A DNA stretch of 35,466 bases from a virus (IMGVR_UViG_3300011336_000299:1-35466); one strand, 5' to 3'; numbered from the stretch's first letter, positions 7,121 to 18,090 are shown. Program-made: numbers and translations. Notes: generated by a model from the sequence alone, not told the origin.

Positions 7121-7371
7121 TAGAGCATTTTATAGCAACAATATTACTAACTGCTGGCATACTTATCTATTGGTTCGATGTAGCTAAACTACATTTAACA
7201 TTTTGGGTTAAGCCGTTTAATTGCCAATCATGCCTTGCTTTTTGGGTGGGGTTAATTAGCTATGGCCTACCTATCGAATACCAATTACCTTTAATTTGTG
7301 CCACTTATAGCATATTTGTATATATATTTTTAAAAGATAGATATAATGGCAATACAACTAACAGCAACTGA
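7117..7371 (+). CDS. Small membrane protein with CxxC motif
   Basis: Three hydrophobic segments, KPFNCQSCLAFW. Confidence 0.65.
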   Translation: MIEHFIATILLTAGILIYWFDVAKLHLTFWVKPFNCQSCLAFWVGLISYGLPIEYQLPLICATYSIFVYIFLKDRYNGNTTNSN

Positions 7372-7639
7372 GATAGTTTTTCTTTACGAAAAGATGGTAG
7401 ATAACATCACTTATATAAAGGTTCGTGAAGTGCAAGCACCAACAAAAGCAGACAAAGAAATGTACAGCTCAATATACACTACCCACATAGCAAGCCATAA
7501 GGAAATAGATTGGAATTGTGCTAGTTGTGTAGTGGATGCAGTAACACAGATATACAGAGAAACAGCACCATTTGCAGATAAATTAAAAGAGGCTAAAGCT
7601 GAATTGAAAGCTGCAACGAGTGCAAAAAAAGCAAAGTAA
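7346..7639 (+). CDS. Hypothetical protein with CxxC motif
   Basis: WNCASCV; abuts TerL start. Confidence 0.7.
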   Translation: MAIQLTATEIVFLYEKMVDNITYIKVREVQAPTKADKEMYSSIYTTHIASHKEIDWNCASCVVDAVTQIYRETAPFADKLKEAKAELKAATSAKKAK

Positions 7640-8833
7640 TTGCCAATCAATATAGTTTATAACAGGCCGCATCTATACGACTACCAAACAAGTATAATTG
7701 ATAGCCCTGCAAGATATACGGTTACATCAGCATCTACCAAAGTAGGTAAGACAGCGAGCCATGTAGTTTGGTTGCATGAGCAAGCCTTGCAGGGTAAACT
7801 AGGTTATAACTATTGGTGGGTAGCACCTGTTTATAAACAAGCCGATATTGCATTTACTAGGCTTAAAAACCAACTAAGCGCAAAGGAATTATACAAGTTT
7901 AATAATTCTAACTTAACTATCACTACTCCAGTAGGTAGTGTAATACACTTTAAGAGTGGCGAGAAGCCTGATAACCTATATGGCGAAGATGTGTATGGTG
8001 CAGTTATGGATGAGTTTACAAGGATGCGAGAGGCGGCCTGGTATGCCATGCGTAGTACATTAACTAAAACAAAAGGTAAGTGTAAATTTATTGGTAATGC
8101 AAGGGGCAAAGGATGGGGTTACAAGTTAGGTGAAAGGGCAAAGAATGATGATAGTGGTATATGGGAGTTCTTTAAAATAACAGCATACGATGCAGTTGAT
8201 GCTGGCTTACTAGACATTGCAGAGATAGAAGATGCACAAAGGACTTTACCTAAAGAGGTATTTGATGAATTATACTTGGCAATCCCTAGTGATAACGGTA
8301 CTAATCCTTTTGGAGTGCCTGCAATCCGCAATTGCATTAAGCCAATCAGTAATAAGCCTGCATCATGCTACGGCATTGACCTTGCAAAGTCATTTGATTA
8401 TACTGTAATAGTTGGACTAGATGATGATTGTAATGTTTGTTACTTCGATAGGTTCCAGGCGGATTGGAGTGTAACGAAAAACAAGATTATGCAACTACCA
8501 AAAGGCATTGAAAAGAATATTGATGCTACTGGTGTAGGTGATCCGATAGTAGAGGAATTGCAAAGATTAGGTAGTAATGTTTACGGCTTCAAATATAGCA
8601 GCCAAAGTAAGCAGCAGTTAATGATAGGTTTGCAAAATGCTATACAACTTGGCGAAGTATCAATATTAGAAGGAGTGATGCAGGATGAAATGGAAAGCTT
8701 TGAGTTTGAATATACTCGGTCAGGTGTAAAGTATAATGCACCAGTTGGGATGCATGATGATACGGTTAATGCTTTAGCATTGGCCAGGAACATTTGGAAA
8801 AAACGAGGAACAGGAATATATAATATTATTTAA
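7640..8833 (+). CDS. terL: Terminase large subunit
   Basis: TTG start; Walker A-like ASTKVGKT, WWVAP, Walker B AVMDE, RNase H-like nuclease GIDLAKSFD, DATGVG, HDDTVNALALA. Confidence 0.95.
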   Translation: MPINIVYNRPHLYDYQTSIIDSPARYTVTSASTKVGKTASHVVWLHEQALQGKLGYNYWWVAPVYKQADIAFTRLKNQLSAKELYKFNNSNLTITTPVGSVIHFKSGEKPDNLYGEDVYGAVMDEFTRMREAAWYAMRSTLTKTKGKCKFIGNARGKGWGYKLGERAKNDDSGIWEFFKITAYDAVDAGLLDIAEIEDAQRTLPKEVFDELYLAIPSDNGTNPFGVPAIRNCIKPISNKPASCYGIDLAKSFDYTVIVGLDDDCNVCYFDRFQADWSVTKNKIMQLPKGIEKNIDATGVGDPIVEELQRLGSNVYGFKYSSQSKQQLMIGLQNAIQLGEVSILEGVMQDEMESFEFEYTRSGVKYNAPVGMHDDTVNALALARNIWKKRGTGIYNII

Positions 8834-8835
8834 TT

Positions 8836-9486
8836 ATGAATTGGAAAGATTTAACCGTACAGCAGTTTCAACAACTGAATGAAATTGACAAAGATTTCGA
8901 GGCATTAGACAAAGCCTATCACACCGTATCTATCTGTAAAAAGATAGATATTGAAGAATTGGATGCTATGCCTATATCGGAGTTTAATAGACTATCAAAT
9001 GATTGCCTATTTGTAGTTAAACAACCTATGCAGGATGTAACCGTTAAGCGTTTTGGTAGGTTTAAGTTTATTCATGATATACGCAAGATTAAGAGTGCAG
9101 TAGCAAGGTATATTGAGGTGAAACACTTTGCGCAAGACTACATCCCAAATATGCATTTGATACTTGCATCTATGGTGCAACCACAAAAAAAGAATTGGCT
9201 TGGGATGTGGGTTGATGTGCCTTATGATAGTAAGGAGTACGAAACTTATGCAGCCGAGTTGCAACAAGTACCGATTACGGTGGCTATGGGATGGATTGGT
9301 TTTTTTTTTCGAGTATTAGAGCAATTGAAAGTGGTTTCCCTTCAATCTTCCCAACAGAAATTACAGAACCAAAAGATGAAGCTGATATGGAAGATGATGT
9401 TGAAGCACAGGATGCCAAAGAAAGAAGTGGAGAAAATAGTGGAACCTTTATGGCAAAATATGGTTGGCTCTACCAAATTGACCTAG
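8836..9486 (+). CDS. Probable tail assembly chaperone (gpG-like, zero-frame product)
   Basis: Contains T10 slippery run at 9300-9309 with an overlapping -1 frame ORF. Confidence 0.65.
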   Translation: MNWKDLTVQQFQQLNEIDKDFEALDKAYHTVSICKKIDIEELDAMPISEFNRLSNDCLFVVKQPMQDVTVKRFGRFKFIHDIRKIKSAVARYIEVKHFAQDYIPNMHLILASMVQPQKKNWLGMWVDVPYDSKEYETYAAELQQVPITVAMGWIGFFFRVLEQLKVVSLQSSQQKLQNQKMKLIWKMMLKHRMPKKEVEKIVEPLWQNMVGSTKLT

Positions 9487-9620
9487 TTGCTGAATTAGAA
9501 CGAGTTAAGAGAGAGGATGTATTCAACATGGATTTAATACCATTCTTAGCTGATTTACTCTATATAAAAGAGAAAGCAGAGTTTGTAAATGAAATCAATC
9601 GCCAAGTCGCAAGCAGATAA
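9300..9620 (+). CDS. -1 frameshift extension of tail assembly chaperone (gpT-like)
   Basis: ORF 9291-9620 is in the -1 frame relative to 8836, begins at the slippery run and bridges to the next gene; fusion ~261 aa. Confidence 0.6.
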   Translation, partial: FFFSSIRAIESGFPSIFPTEITEPKDEADMEDDVEAQDAKERSGENSGTFMAKYGWLYQIDLVAELERVKREDVFNMDLIPFLADLLYIKEKAEFVNEINRQVASR

Positions 9621-10245
9621 TATTGACTTCCTACCAAATGTAGGGAGTGATAAAGGAAGCTATACGCCTGCAGCAAAAAATTACTTAACAGATACGATAA
9701 ATTCATTTGTAACCGAAGCGCAAAACATCATCAATAGAAATGGGAGTGTAAGCAAAGGTAATCTATCGGATATAGTTAATACAGTTACTCAAGCTGGTAG
9801 TAAGATAGTTGTATCAATTGGTTATGATAAAAAAAATCCTGCAAATAAATATTACGATTTTATAAACAAGGGAGTAAATGGTACATTAGTAAAGCATGGT
9901 AGTGAATATTCATTTAAGAATATTGGAGTTAGTAAAGCATTCCTGAAAAGTTTAATGGGGTGGAAGAAATTTAATGTAAGGGCAAATAAAAATGAAGACC
10001 AGACTAAAGGTAAAAGTGGATTGCAAAAGAAACGCCAAAGCGCAACGGATGCAAAGGAAAGTAGTGCGTATGGTTTAGGGGTTTACATTAAAAGAAACGG
10101 CATTAAGCCAATACACTTTTTTGATAAGCCTGCAGCAAAATACTTTGGTAAAACATTTGCAAGGCAATTGAGTAAGGAGTTAGGTAAAGACTTAAAGATA
10201 AATATTAAAAATGATTTTTTAAATGGCAATAACAGTAATAAATAG
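9589..10245 (+). CDS. Putative tail completion / neck protein
   Basis: Basic protein, YYDFINKGVNG and IKRNGIKPIHFF motifs; position in morphogenesis cluster. Confidence 0.55.
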   Translation: MKSIAKSQADNIDFLPNVGSDKGSYTPAAKNYLTDTINSFVTEAQNIINRNGSVSKGNLSDIVNTVTQAGSKIVVSIGYDKKNPANKYYDFINKGVNGTLVKHGSEYSFKNIGVSKAFLKSLMGWKKFNVRANKNEDQTKGKSGLQKKRQSATDAKESSAYGLGVYIKRNGIKPIHFFDKPAAKYFGKTFARQLSKELGKDLKINIKNDFLNGNNSNK

Positions 10246-11533
10246 CGGTAGTGAATTTAATTTAAATAAGTTCAAAAGCGCATTAGTAAGGCAGAATATA
10301 ATAGTAGATAGCACGAACAAGGCAGTAGCTAATTTTAGGTATGTATTTCGTATAACGGTGCAATCAAGTACATTAAATGCAGGTTTGCAAAGTGATTATA
10401 TTGGTGAGTTCCAAGTGCGACCACAAGGCGCGAATAATTACGGCTACTTTGATATTGCAGAAGTTGCAAAGAATTGTTTTAGAAGTAGTGATTTTTTGAA
10501 TGGCTTTAAGAATAGTGCAAATGATATTTGCGTTACTGATGACCAATCGCCAATACTTTACTTTACTGCAGATTTAAGAGAGTTTGATGGCGTGAATGTT
10601 AGCGGAATATTAGGCTATGTTACAGGCTACCTATATAATGGCTATCCATTAATAACAGATTACCTAGCTAATGGCTTAGAAGATACAATTGCAACTAATC
10701 AAGATACTTTTGCAATGACTAAGCTAAACGGTAGCTTCAAAAAGATGTATTGGAGTGCAACAAGTGCAACCATAATTCCTACATGGGCAATCTATAATGC
10801 AGGTGGTACTGCAGTAAGCACTAACATAAGCGTAGAGCCTACCAATGCAGATGGCTTGGTAATTGGTTCAGCCGTTACAAGTACGTTTAAATATGTGGCT
10901 AATAGAGGCATAGCGTATATAGGTGGAAATGCTAACTATCGTTTCGCAAGATTTACAAGTGGTGGAGCTGGTAACTTAGGTAGTACTTATAAATTAACTC
11001 ATTCTTACACCGGCAATCCTACGCAATCTATTTATGCAATAGATAGTTGCAAGCCGTTTATTGAATTATACTTTAAAAATAGACTAGGTGCATTTGAACA
11101 ATTTGTATTTACTCATTATAGGCAAACAAATGACATTGAAAAAGTAAAGTATAAGGCAATGGATAGCACAGCTAAATTTATTGACAGCATGGCTAGCTAT
11201 TCAATTAATGGTGGTGGCTTTGTTGGCTATAAGCAGACTAGCGAAAGTGATAAGCAATATAGCACTACTATCAATCCAAAGTTTGATTTGGCAAAAACAA
11301 TAATTGACTATAACGAGTATAATGCCTTTGTTGAGTTGATGCAAAGCAATGAGGTGTATTTAGCAGTACCAATATTAAATAATCCTGCATCAGATCCACT
11401 TATTTATACGCATAAATTCATACCAATATCAGTAACGAATAATAGCATAGGTATTTGGAAGCCAAACATTGACAAAGCAACGGTAGCAAAATGCACTATC
11501 ACATTACCTAACTTCAAAAGCCAAGCTAACTAA
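10223..11533 (+). CDS. Tail structural protein (distal tail-like)
   Basis: Beta-rich 436 aa; C-terminal LYFKNRLGAFEQFVF and ELMQSNEVY motifs; precedes tail tip gene. Confidence 0.6.
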   Translation: MAITVINSGSEFNLNKFKSALVRQNIIVDSTNKAVANFRYVFRITVQSSTLNAGLQSDYIGEFQVRPQGANNYGYFDIAEVAKNCFRSSDFLNGFKNSANDICVTDDQSPILYFTADLREFDGVNVSGILGYVTGYLYNGYPLITDYLANGLEDTIATNQDTFAMTKLNGSFKKMYWSATSATIIPTWAIYNAGGTAVSTNISVEPTNADGLVIGSAVTSTFKYVANRGIAYIGGNANYRFARFTSGGAGNLGSTYKLTHSYTGNPTQSIYAIDSCKPFIELYFKNRLGAFEQFVFTHYRQTNDIEKVKYKAMDSTAKFIDSMASYSINGGGFVGYKQTSESDKQYSTTINPKFDLAKTIIDYNEYNAFVELMQSNEVYLAVPILNNPASDPLIYTHKFIPISVTNNSIGIWKPNIDKATVAKCTITLPNFKSQAN

Positions 11534-13635
11534 TGATTGAGATAATAGCAGGGCAATATAAGTTTGATGTAACGAATGATGTGGGTATTCCATTGACTTA
11601 TCAGATAGATGATATTAAGGACATTGGCAGTCGTAATACTTCATTCAGCAAGACAATTACATTGCCCGGTACTGATAATAACAATAAATTATTTGGGATG
11701 TTTTTCAGTCCGCAAAAGTTTATTGATAAGAACCTTAGTTTATCACAACCTGATGCCAATGTAGGTACTTACTTTAATCCTAATATTAGCACCGACATAC
11801 AACTTTTCAAAGATGGTATGCAAATATTCACAGGCACGATGAAGCTATTGCAGGTCAATAAAACCGAAGGAGTATTTGAGTATGAGGTAGCTTTATTTGG
11901 CGAGTTAGGTGGCTTATATTTTGCTATTAAAAATTTCAATGGTAAGCGTTTAAGATTAGAAGATTTAGGATGGAACCCAACTACATTAGATACTTATGAT
12001 GATACTAGAATAACAACATGGTCGCAAATTGGAGTGATAGGAAACGAAGAAGTAGTTTATCCTTATATCAATTATGCAAATCAAATTAGTCCAGATATAT
12101 CGGTAAGAAACTACCGACCTGCCTATCCATTATTTGGAGCATTCAAAAAGATGTTTGCGAAGTTAGGCTATACAATTACAGGCGGATGGTTCGATACGGA
12201 TGCCATGCAGAACAGCATATTCATTCCTAACAATAATGAAAAGTTGTTGATGTACACTAATGAGTATATAACAGCAACTGATATGGTTGGTAGTTTAACA
12301 AATAATGTTAGCAATAAATTATCAATTAGTGGTGGGGTGTTAAGTACCGATATAACTTATAATAGTACTACAGGAGAATATACTTATAATGGTGCAAATA
12401 ATTTACAAATAAATATTTCTGCATCAATAGAATTTGATTTTACCACAAGTGGTGGTACATTTATTGCAGCAGGTTTTGATTTAAATATTTTTAAAAATAG
12501 TACAATATTACAGCAAACATATCCTGTTGTAATTAATAAGCATGTAAAGGGTAATGTATCCGTAAATAATATACCATTACAAACAGGTGATAAAATTTCT
12601 ATATTATTAGTTCCACAAGTAATATCTGCGAGTATTACAACACTTACTTTATCTAATCGAGTATTAAATATTAAGGCAATATCTACAGAAGCTACCACAA
12701 CAGAGCAACAATATAACCAACCTATTGATTACGATTTGAATTGCCCACGTAATGTTTACATGGATGAACTTTTCACTTCATTCTGTAAGCTATTTAATCT
12801 ATACATTACCGAAAGTAAGTACAACAAAAAAGAGTTGAATATTAGACCTTATATTGAGTTTTACAATGGCAATACTACTCTAAATTGGAGTGATAAGTTT
12901 GATAAAGACAATTATAAGATATTGCCAATTAGCGAGATTACACCGAATAGCTATAATTTCAAATGGAAGCCTGACAAAGACTATTTAAATGAAAAATACG
13001 ATAAGCAATATGGGCAAACAATGGCAGACTATATCGAAACTAGCGGATTTGAAAGCGCAAAGGGAGAAGAAAAGATAGAGTTAATGTTCAGCCCTTCGCA
13101 TATCTACGGCATTGGTGGAGATGATAAGGTAACCACAGGCATTTTTAAGCGTGATGCAGGTGGTGATTTGCCAATAAATAGCAATATTAGGCTAGTTTTT
13201 TTAAAGGTTTTAGCTTGTGATACTTACAAAATATTTGACGGTGCTACTGATTTGGGTTCATTAACTGAATATTGCTATGCAGGTATGACAGATGATCCGT
13301 TTAATGGTGGGTTTTTAGTCAGTGGAGATAGATTAAACTTAGGATTTGCAAGTCCTGCAGAGGTGTATTATGACTTGCCAAGTGGTAGCGGTGTATCAAC
13401 TAGCTTTTACAGCATCTATTGGAGTCCTTACATTGGTGAAATGATAGATAGTAGCAATTTGATGCTCAATTGCAGATTGAATTTAGACACAGTGGATTTG
13501 TTCAGATTAAACTTTGCAAATTATATTAATATTCATGGCATAGATTATAAATTGAATGCCATAAAGGATATAGATGTAAATCAAAACGAAATGGCACAAG
13601 TTGAGTTAATAAAGGTAGTTGATTATATATATTAG
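11533..13635 (+). CDS. Tail tip / baseplate hub-like protein
   Basis: 700 aa, N-terminal DIKDIGSRNTSFSKTITLPGT motif; immediately upstream of tape measure. Confidence 0.65.
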   Translation: MIEIIAGQYKFDVTNDVGIPLTYQIDDIKDIGSRNTSFSKTITLPGTDNNNKLFGMFFSPQKFIDKNLSLSQPDANVGTYFNPNISTDIQLFKDGMQIFTGTMKLLQVNKTEGVFEYEVALFGELGGLYFAIKNFNGKRLRLEDLGWNPTTLDTYDDTRITTWSQIGVIGNEEVVYPYINYANQISPDISVRNYRPAYPLFGAFKKMFAKLGYTITGGWFDTDAMQNSIFIPNNNEKLLMYTNEYITATDMVGSLTNNVSNKLSISGGVLSTDITYNSTTGEYTYNGANNLQINISASIEFDFTTSGGTFIAAGFDLNIFKNSTILQQTYPVVINKHVKGNVSVNNIPLQTGDKISILLVPQVISASITTLTLSNRVLNIKAISTEATTTEQQYNQPIDYDLNCPRNVYMDELFTSFCKLFNLYITESKYNKKELNIRPYIEFYNGNTTLNWSDKFDKDNYKILPISEITPNSYNFKWKPDKDYLNEKYDKQYGQTMADYIETSGFESAKGEEKIELMFSPSHIYGIGGDDKVTTGIFKRDAGGDLPINSNIRLVFLKVLACDTYKIFDGATDLGSLTEYCYAGMTDDPFNGGFLVSGDRLNLGFASPAEVYYDLPSGSGVSTSFYSIYWSPYIGEMIDSSNLMLNCRLNLDTVDLFRLNFANYINIHGIDYKLNAIKDIDVNQNEMAQVELIKVVDYIY

Positions 13636-13637
13636 AA

Positions 13638-15920
13638 ATGGCAGAAGAAATAATTGGGTTAAAAGTCGAACTAGATACTAGTGGTGCGAGTGCGCCAATG
13701 GCATCTTTGAAATCACAAATCAAAGAGGCTACTAATGAACTAGTACATTTTACAGATAAGTTTGGTGCAACATCAAAGGAAGCTATCAATGCAGCTAAGC
13801 GAGTAGCGGAGATGAAGGATAGATTGGGTGATGCTAGGCAAATGGTTGATGCATTTAATCCAGATGCAAAGTTTAATGCATTAACACAAGCTATACAAGG
13901 TGCAGCAGGTGCATTTTCAGCAGTGCAGGGTGCAATGGGTTTATTTGGAGTGGAAAGTGCGAATACTGAAAAGGCATTATTAAGGGTGCAAAGTGCAATG
14001 GCATTTTCGCAAGGGTTAAGTAGTTTTTTGGATGATGGTATAGAAGGATTTAAAAACTTATATAGGCAAATTAGTGGGCCAGTAGTTGAGTCATTTAGTA
14101 CTTTAAAGGGTGCATTAATTAGCACAGGTATTGGTGCATTAGTTGTATTATTAGGTTTGGCTATTGCAAACTTTGACCAATTAAGTGTAGCTATTGGATT
14201 AACAACCGAAGCCGAGCAAGCATTGAAAAGCATTAGTAAGGATGTAACTAAAGGCATGGAAGATGTTTACAAAAATGTAAATAGTGTAAACGATGCAATG
14301 GTTAAAGCTAAGGCAGGGGTTATATCTAAAAAAGATGCATTAAAGATTTATAATGAAACATTAGGGGATAGTTTAGGGCATACTAATAATTTTAACCTAG
14401 CTGAAAAGAATTTAAGAGATAAAACACCAGCCTATCTTGCAGCTATGCAAGCTAGGATTACAATGCAAGTTGCTATGGCTAAGATTGCAGAATTGCAAGC
14501 TAAAATAGCAACTAATAAAGGTAATGATTTAGGTTTTGTTGATACAAGTGTAAAAACTATTTTAAGTTTATTTGGTAAAGTAGGAACTGAACAAGCCTAT
14601 ACATTAGGTGCTATTAAAGACCAAAACGAAGGATATAATACTCAAATTATAGCATTAAAAAAAATAGCTGAACAAAAAGCAAAGGAAGCCGAAGCCGAAG
14701 ATAAAAGAGCAGGGATAAATACAAATGCAACTACAAATGCAACACCAGAACAAAAGAAAAAAACTGCAGAAAAGAAAGGCAAAACAGATATTGAAATACT
14801 AAAAGAACAATATGCAAATGAATTATTAGCAGCGCAAACATTTCATTTAACTAATATTGAAAAAGAAGAAGATTATGAAAAGAAAAAGTTAGCAATTACC
14901 GAAAAATATTTAAAAACTAAATTAGGAACTAATAACCAAACACATGTTGAATTATTAAATGCTCAAAAAGATATCAATGCAAAACTTAGAGAATTAGATA
15001 AACAAGTAGAAGAAGAACCGCCTGCTCAAGATCCAAAAGTATTAAAAGCTAAAGAAGTAGTACAATTATTGCTAGATACTGAAGGAAATTACATAGCAGA
15101 AAAAGACGATTTATATTATCAAGATAGGCAAAAATCAATACTTTCTGCAACTAAACAGCTAGAAATTATAAGAGATTTAAGAATAAAAACTTTTGATAAT
15201 GAAGTACTAAAAATAAAACAAGAACATAATGTTAAGTTTGAAATTATTAAAGGCAATAAAGCAGCGGAGATAGCATTAGAAGAAGAAACAGCTGCAAAAA
15301 TTGCTGCATTAAGGCAATCTGTAATTAATCAAAATATTGATGCTTACATGGAAGCCGCTAGTTCTATCAATGGTATTTTATCCAAATCTAATGCTAATCA
15401 ATTAGCAGATTTGGAAGCAAATTCACAGGCTAGAATTGCAGCAGCAGGTGGAAACAAAGAGGCTATTTTAGCTATTGAAAACGAAACAGCTATTGAAAAA
15501 AATAGGTTACAAAATGAGCAAGTAAAACGAGATAAATTATTTGCTATTGCAGAGGCTATTATTAATACCTATAAGGCAGCCGCACAAGTATTTGCTGCTC
15601 CTGTTCCTGGTGTTGCTCCTGTTTCTTTAGGTATAAAGATAGCAACAATGATTGCAGCAGTTTCAAGTGGACTTGCAAATGTAATGGCTATTAGAAAAGT
15701 ACCATTGCCATCAGGTGGTGGCGCAGGTGGTGGCGATGTATCAGGTGGTTCAGCACCTAATTCGCCAATGGGTACGGTATTCAATACCATAACAAAATTA
15801 AATAAAGATAGCATTGATAAGATTAACGACAAAGCAGTAAAGGCTTATGTAGTTGAAACCGATATTAACAATGGTCAAAAAAGAATAGAACGAATATTAA
15901 TAAATACAAAATTTAAATAA
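13638..15920 (+). CDS. Tail tape measure protein
   Basis: 760 aa, Ala/Lys/Glu-rich coiled coil, GAAGAFSAVQGAMGLFG and ALISTGIGALVVLLG hydrophobic segments, C-terminal KAYVVETDI. Confidence 0.9.
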   Translation: MAEEIIGLKVELDTSGASAPMASLKSQIKEATNELVHFTDKFGATSKEAINAAKRVAEMKDRLGDARQMVDAFNPDAKFNALTQAIQGAAGAFSAVQGAMGLFGVESANTEKALLRVQSAMAFSQGLSSFLDDGIEGFKNLYRQISGPVVESFSTLKGALISTGIGALVVLLGLAIANFDQLSVAIGLTTEAEQALKSISKDVTKGMEDVYKNVNSVNDAMVKAKAGVISKKDALKIYNETLGDSLGHTNNFNLAEKNLRDKTPAYLAAMQARITMQVAMAKIAELQAKIATNKGNDLGFVDTSVKTILSLFGKVGTEQAYTLGAIKDQNEGYNTQIIALKKIAEQKAKEAEAEDKRAGINTNATTNATPEQKKKTAEKKGKTDIEILKEQYANELLAAQTFHLTNIEKEEDYEKKKLAITEKYLKTKLGTNNQTHVELLNAQKDINAKLRELDKQVEEEPPAQDPKVLKAKEVVQLLLDTEGNYIAEKDDLYYQDRQKSILSATKQLEIIRDLRIKTFDNEVLKIKQEHNVKFEIIKGNKAAEIALEEETAAKIAALRQSVINQNIDAYMEAASSINGILSKSNANQLADLEANSQARIAAAGGNKEAILAIENETAIEKNRLQNEQVKRDKLFAIAEAIINTYKAAAQVFAAPVPGVAPVSLGIKIATMIAAVSSGLANVMAIRKVPLPSGGGAGGGDVSGGSAPNSPMGTVFNTITKLNKDSIDKINDKAVKAYVVETDINNGQKRIERILINTKFK

Positions 15921-16510
15921 TGGAAAAAGTATTACCGCTTTATGAATTAAAGCTAGACGAGAATAAAGAATTACTAGGAATTAAAATCCTTAGTTTGGTA
16001 GATAGTCCTGCAATAGAGGAAACCTATGTAATGTTTGAAAGCCAAAAAGTAGAATGGACTACCAATAACGAAAGGATGATTGTTAGTGGGCCAGCAATGA
16101 TACCAGATAAGTTAATTTATAGGTTCGATAAAGAATTAGGAGAGTATAACACGGTTATTAGTAAAAATACTATTGAAGCTATTGTACTTAGATACATGCA
16201 AGAGGGAAATCAATCCAATGTTAATCTAATGCATGGCATAGATGTAAACGATGTTTTTGTTTATGAATCATTTATTAGTGATAGCCAACGTGGCATTTTA
16301 CCTATGAAGGGATATGAATATTTACCCGATGGGACTTGGTTTGTTTCTATGAAAGTAAAAAATCCTGCAGTATGGCAGCAAGTGAAGGAAGGCAAGCTAA
16401 AAGGATTTAGTATTGAGGGTAGATTAGATATGGAGAAGAAAGAATTGAAAGCTGAAATGTCTATTGATAGGGCATTTGATGAGATATTACAGCTAGTAAA
16501 GGAAATCTAA
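15920..16510 (+). CDS. Prohead serine protease (XkdF-like)
   Basis: SLVDSPAIE, GPAMIPD, NLMH, GTWFVSMKV, VKEGKLKGFSIEG motifs. Confidence 0.85.
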   Translation: MEKVLPLYELKLDENKELLGIKILSLVDSPAIEETYVMFESQKVEWTTNNERMIVSGPAMIPDKLIYRFDKELGEYNTVISKNTIEAIVLRYMQEGNQSNVNLMHGIDVNDVFVYESFISDSQRGILPMKGYEYLPDGTWFVSMKVKNPAVWQQVKEGKLKGFSIEGRLDMEKKELKAEMSIDRAFDEILQLVKEI

Positions 16511-16545
16511 CAAACTTTTTATATATATAATAAAGCAAAAATAAA

Positions 16546-17109
16546 ATGAGTGAAAATAAAGCAAATATTTTGCAACAAATAAAGAGCATTTTAACTAATG
16601 TTAAATTCGATGCTCAACCAATTAGCGAAGAAAGCGCACCAATAGAATTAATGAAAGTTGTTGATGCAAGTGGTAACGAGTACGAAGTTGAAGCATTAGA
16701 AATTGGTAAGATAATGACAATGGGCGGTGTTCCCGTTCCTGCAGGTGAGTACATAGTAGCGGAAGGTGCAACAGTTGTAACAGTTGGCGAAGGTGGTGCA
16801 ATTACAGAAATTAGCGAAGCTAAAAGCGAAGTGATTGAAGAAGAACCAATTGCAGAAGTTGCGCACTTATCTATTGAAAAAGTAGAACACATGATTGCAG
16901 AAGCAGCAAAGCAATATCAAAAGCAAATTGATGATTTACAAAAATCAACAGCGCAAGCATTTGCATCTACTAAGCAAGCTATTGAAGTATTGGCAGATAT
17001 GCCAACTGCAGAGCCTATCCATGTAGAGCATAACAAAATAAACAAATCAGATAAGGAGCAACGCAGAGAATTATTAGGCGAGGCTTTTACAAACTTTTTA
17101 AAAAAATAA
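16546..17109 (+). CDS. Putative capsid scaffolding protein
   Basis: Acidic; PVPAGEY...VTVGEGGAITEI motif and C-terminal coiled coil; between protease and capsid. Confidence 0.65.
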   Translation: MSENKANILQQIKSILTNVKFDAQPISEESAPIELMKVVDASGNEYEVEALEIGKIMTMGGVPVPAGEYIVAEGATVVTVGEGGAITEISEAKSEVIEEEPIAEVAHLSIEKVEHMIAEAAKQYQKQIDDLQKSTAQAFASTKQAIEVLADMPTAEPIHVEHNKINKSDKEQRRELLGEAFTNFLKK

Positions 17110-17133
17110 ATAAAAAAAAACAAATAACATACA

Positions 17134-18090
17134 ATGGCAACAGTAGTATCAGGATTAACTAATTATGTACCTCAAAACGTCAACGAGGTAATATTAGCAG
17201 CCACATTTGGCACAAGATTTTTAACCGAAGCAGCAAGCAAAGCAACGGTTCAAGCGGGAGTAAAAACAGCAGCAAATGTTTTGTTGTTGGATGGCCCAGT
17301 AACATTACAATCAGGCAATAACTGCACATGGAACGCTAGCGGTTCTGCAACTATTACAGATAAAATTGTAACAGTAGCACCAATTAGCATCATGGAAGAA
17401 ATATGCTATGATGATGTAAGAGCAAAATATACTCAATTAGCTATGATGAAAGGTAGCAAAAACTTCGATGAAGTTGCTTTTGCTCAATCTATCGTAGATA
17501 TGAAAGTTAAACGTATTGCAGAAGCTAACGAAAACTTAGTTTTCAAAGGTGATACTGCAGGTGCTGGTAACTTAGTATTTTTAGATGGTTTATTAAAACA
17601 AGTACAAACAGGTGGTGTAAACTCTAATGTAGCTTTATATACAACAGGTGGGCCAATTGCAACTGCAACAGGTATCACAGTAGCAAATGTAATTGCAATA
17701 TTCAACGGTATTGAAAATGCAACTCCAATTGAATTAGCTACTTCACAAGATAGAGTAGTTTTATGTGGTGCTGATACAGCGCGCAAATTTGCACAAGCAT
17801 TAACTACAGCTAACTTGTTTAGCTATACAGTTACTCAAGATGGTGTAAGCGAATTTGTTATTCCTGGTACTGCAACAAGAGTAATACCTGTAAATGGTAT
17901 GAACGGTAGCAACATGATTTTATCTTTCGCATGGCCTAACATGGTATTGGCAATTGATGGCGAAGGTGAGCATGAAGTAGTTGAGTTGAAGTATGACGAG
18001 TATTCAATGAAAACAAGATTACTTTGCAAATACAAATTAGGTGTAACATTTGCAAGAACAACAGAAGTAGCTTACTTCAAATTAGCATAA
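17134..18090 (+). CDS. Major capsid protein
   Basis: 318 aa after protease and scaffold, biased high-expression codon use, followed by strong terminator. Confidence 0.85.
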   Translation: MATVVSGLTNYVPQNVNEVILAATFGTRFLTEAASKATVQAGVKTAANVLLLDGPVTLQSGNNCTWNASGSATITDKIVTVAPISIMEEICYDDVRAKYTQLAMMKGSKNFDEVAFAQSIVDMKVKRIAEANENLVFKGDTAGAGNLVFLDGLLKQVQTGGVNSNVALYTTGGPIATATGITVANVIAIFNGIENATPIELATSQDRVVLCGADTARKFAQALTTANLFSYTVTQDGVSEFVIPGTATRVIPVNGMNGSNMILSFAWPNMVLAIDGEGEHEVVELKYDEYSMKTRLLCKYKLGVTFARTTEVAYFKLA

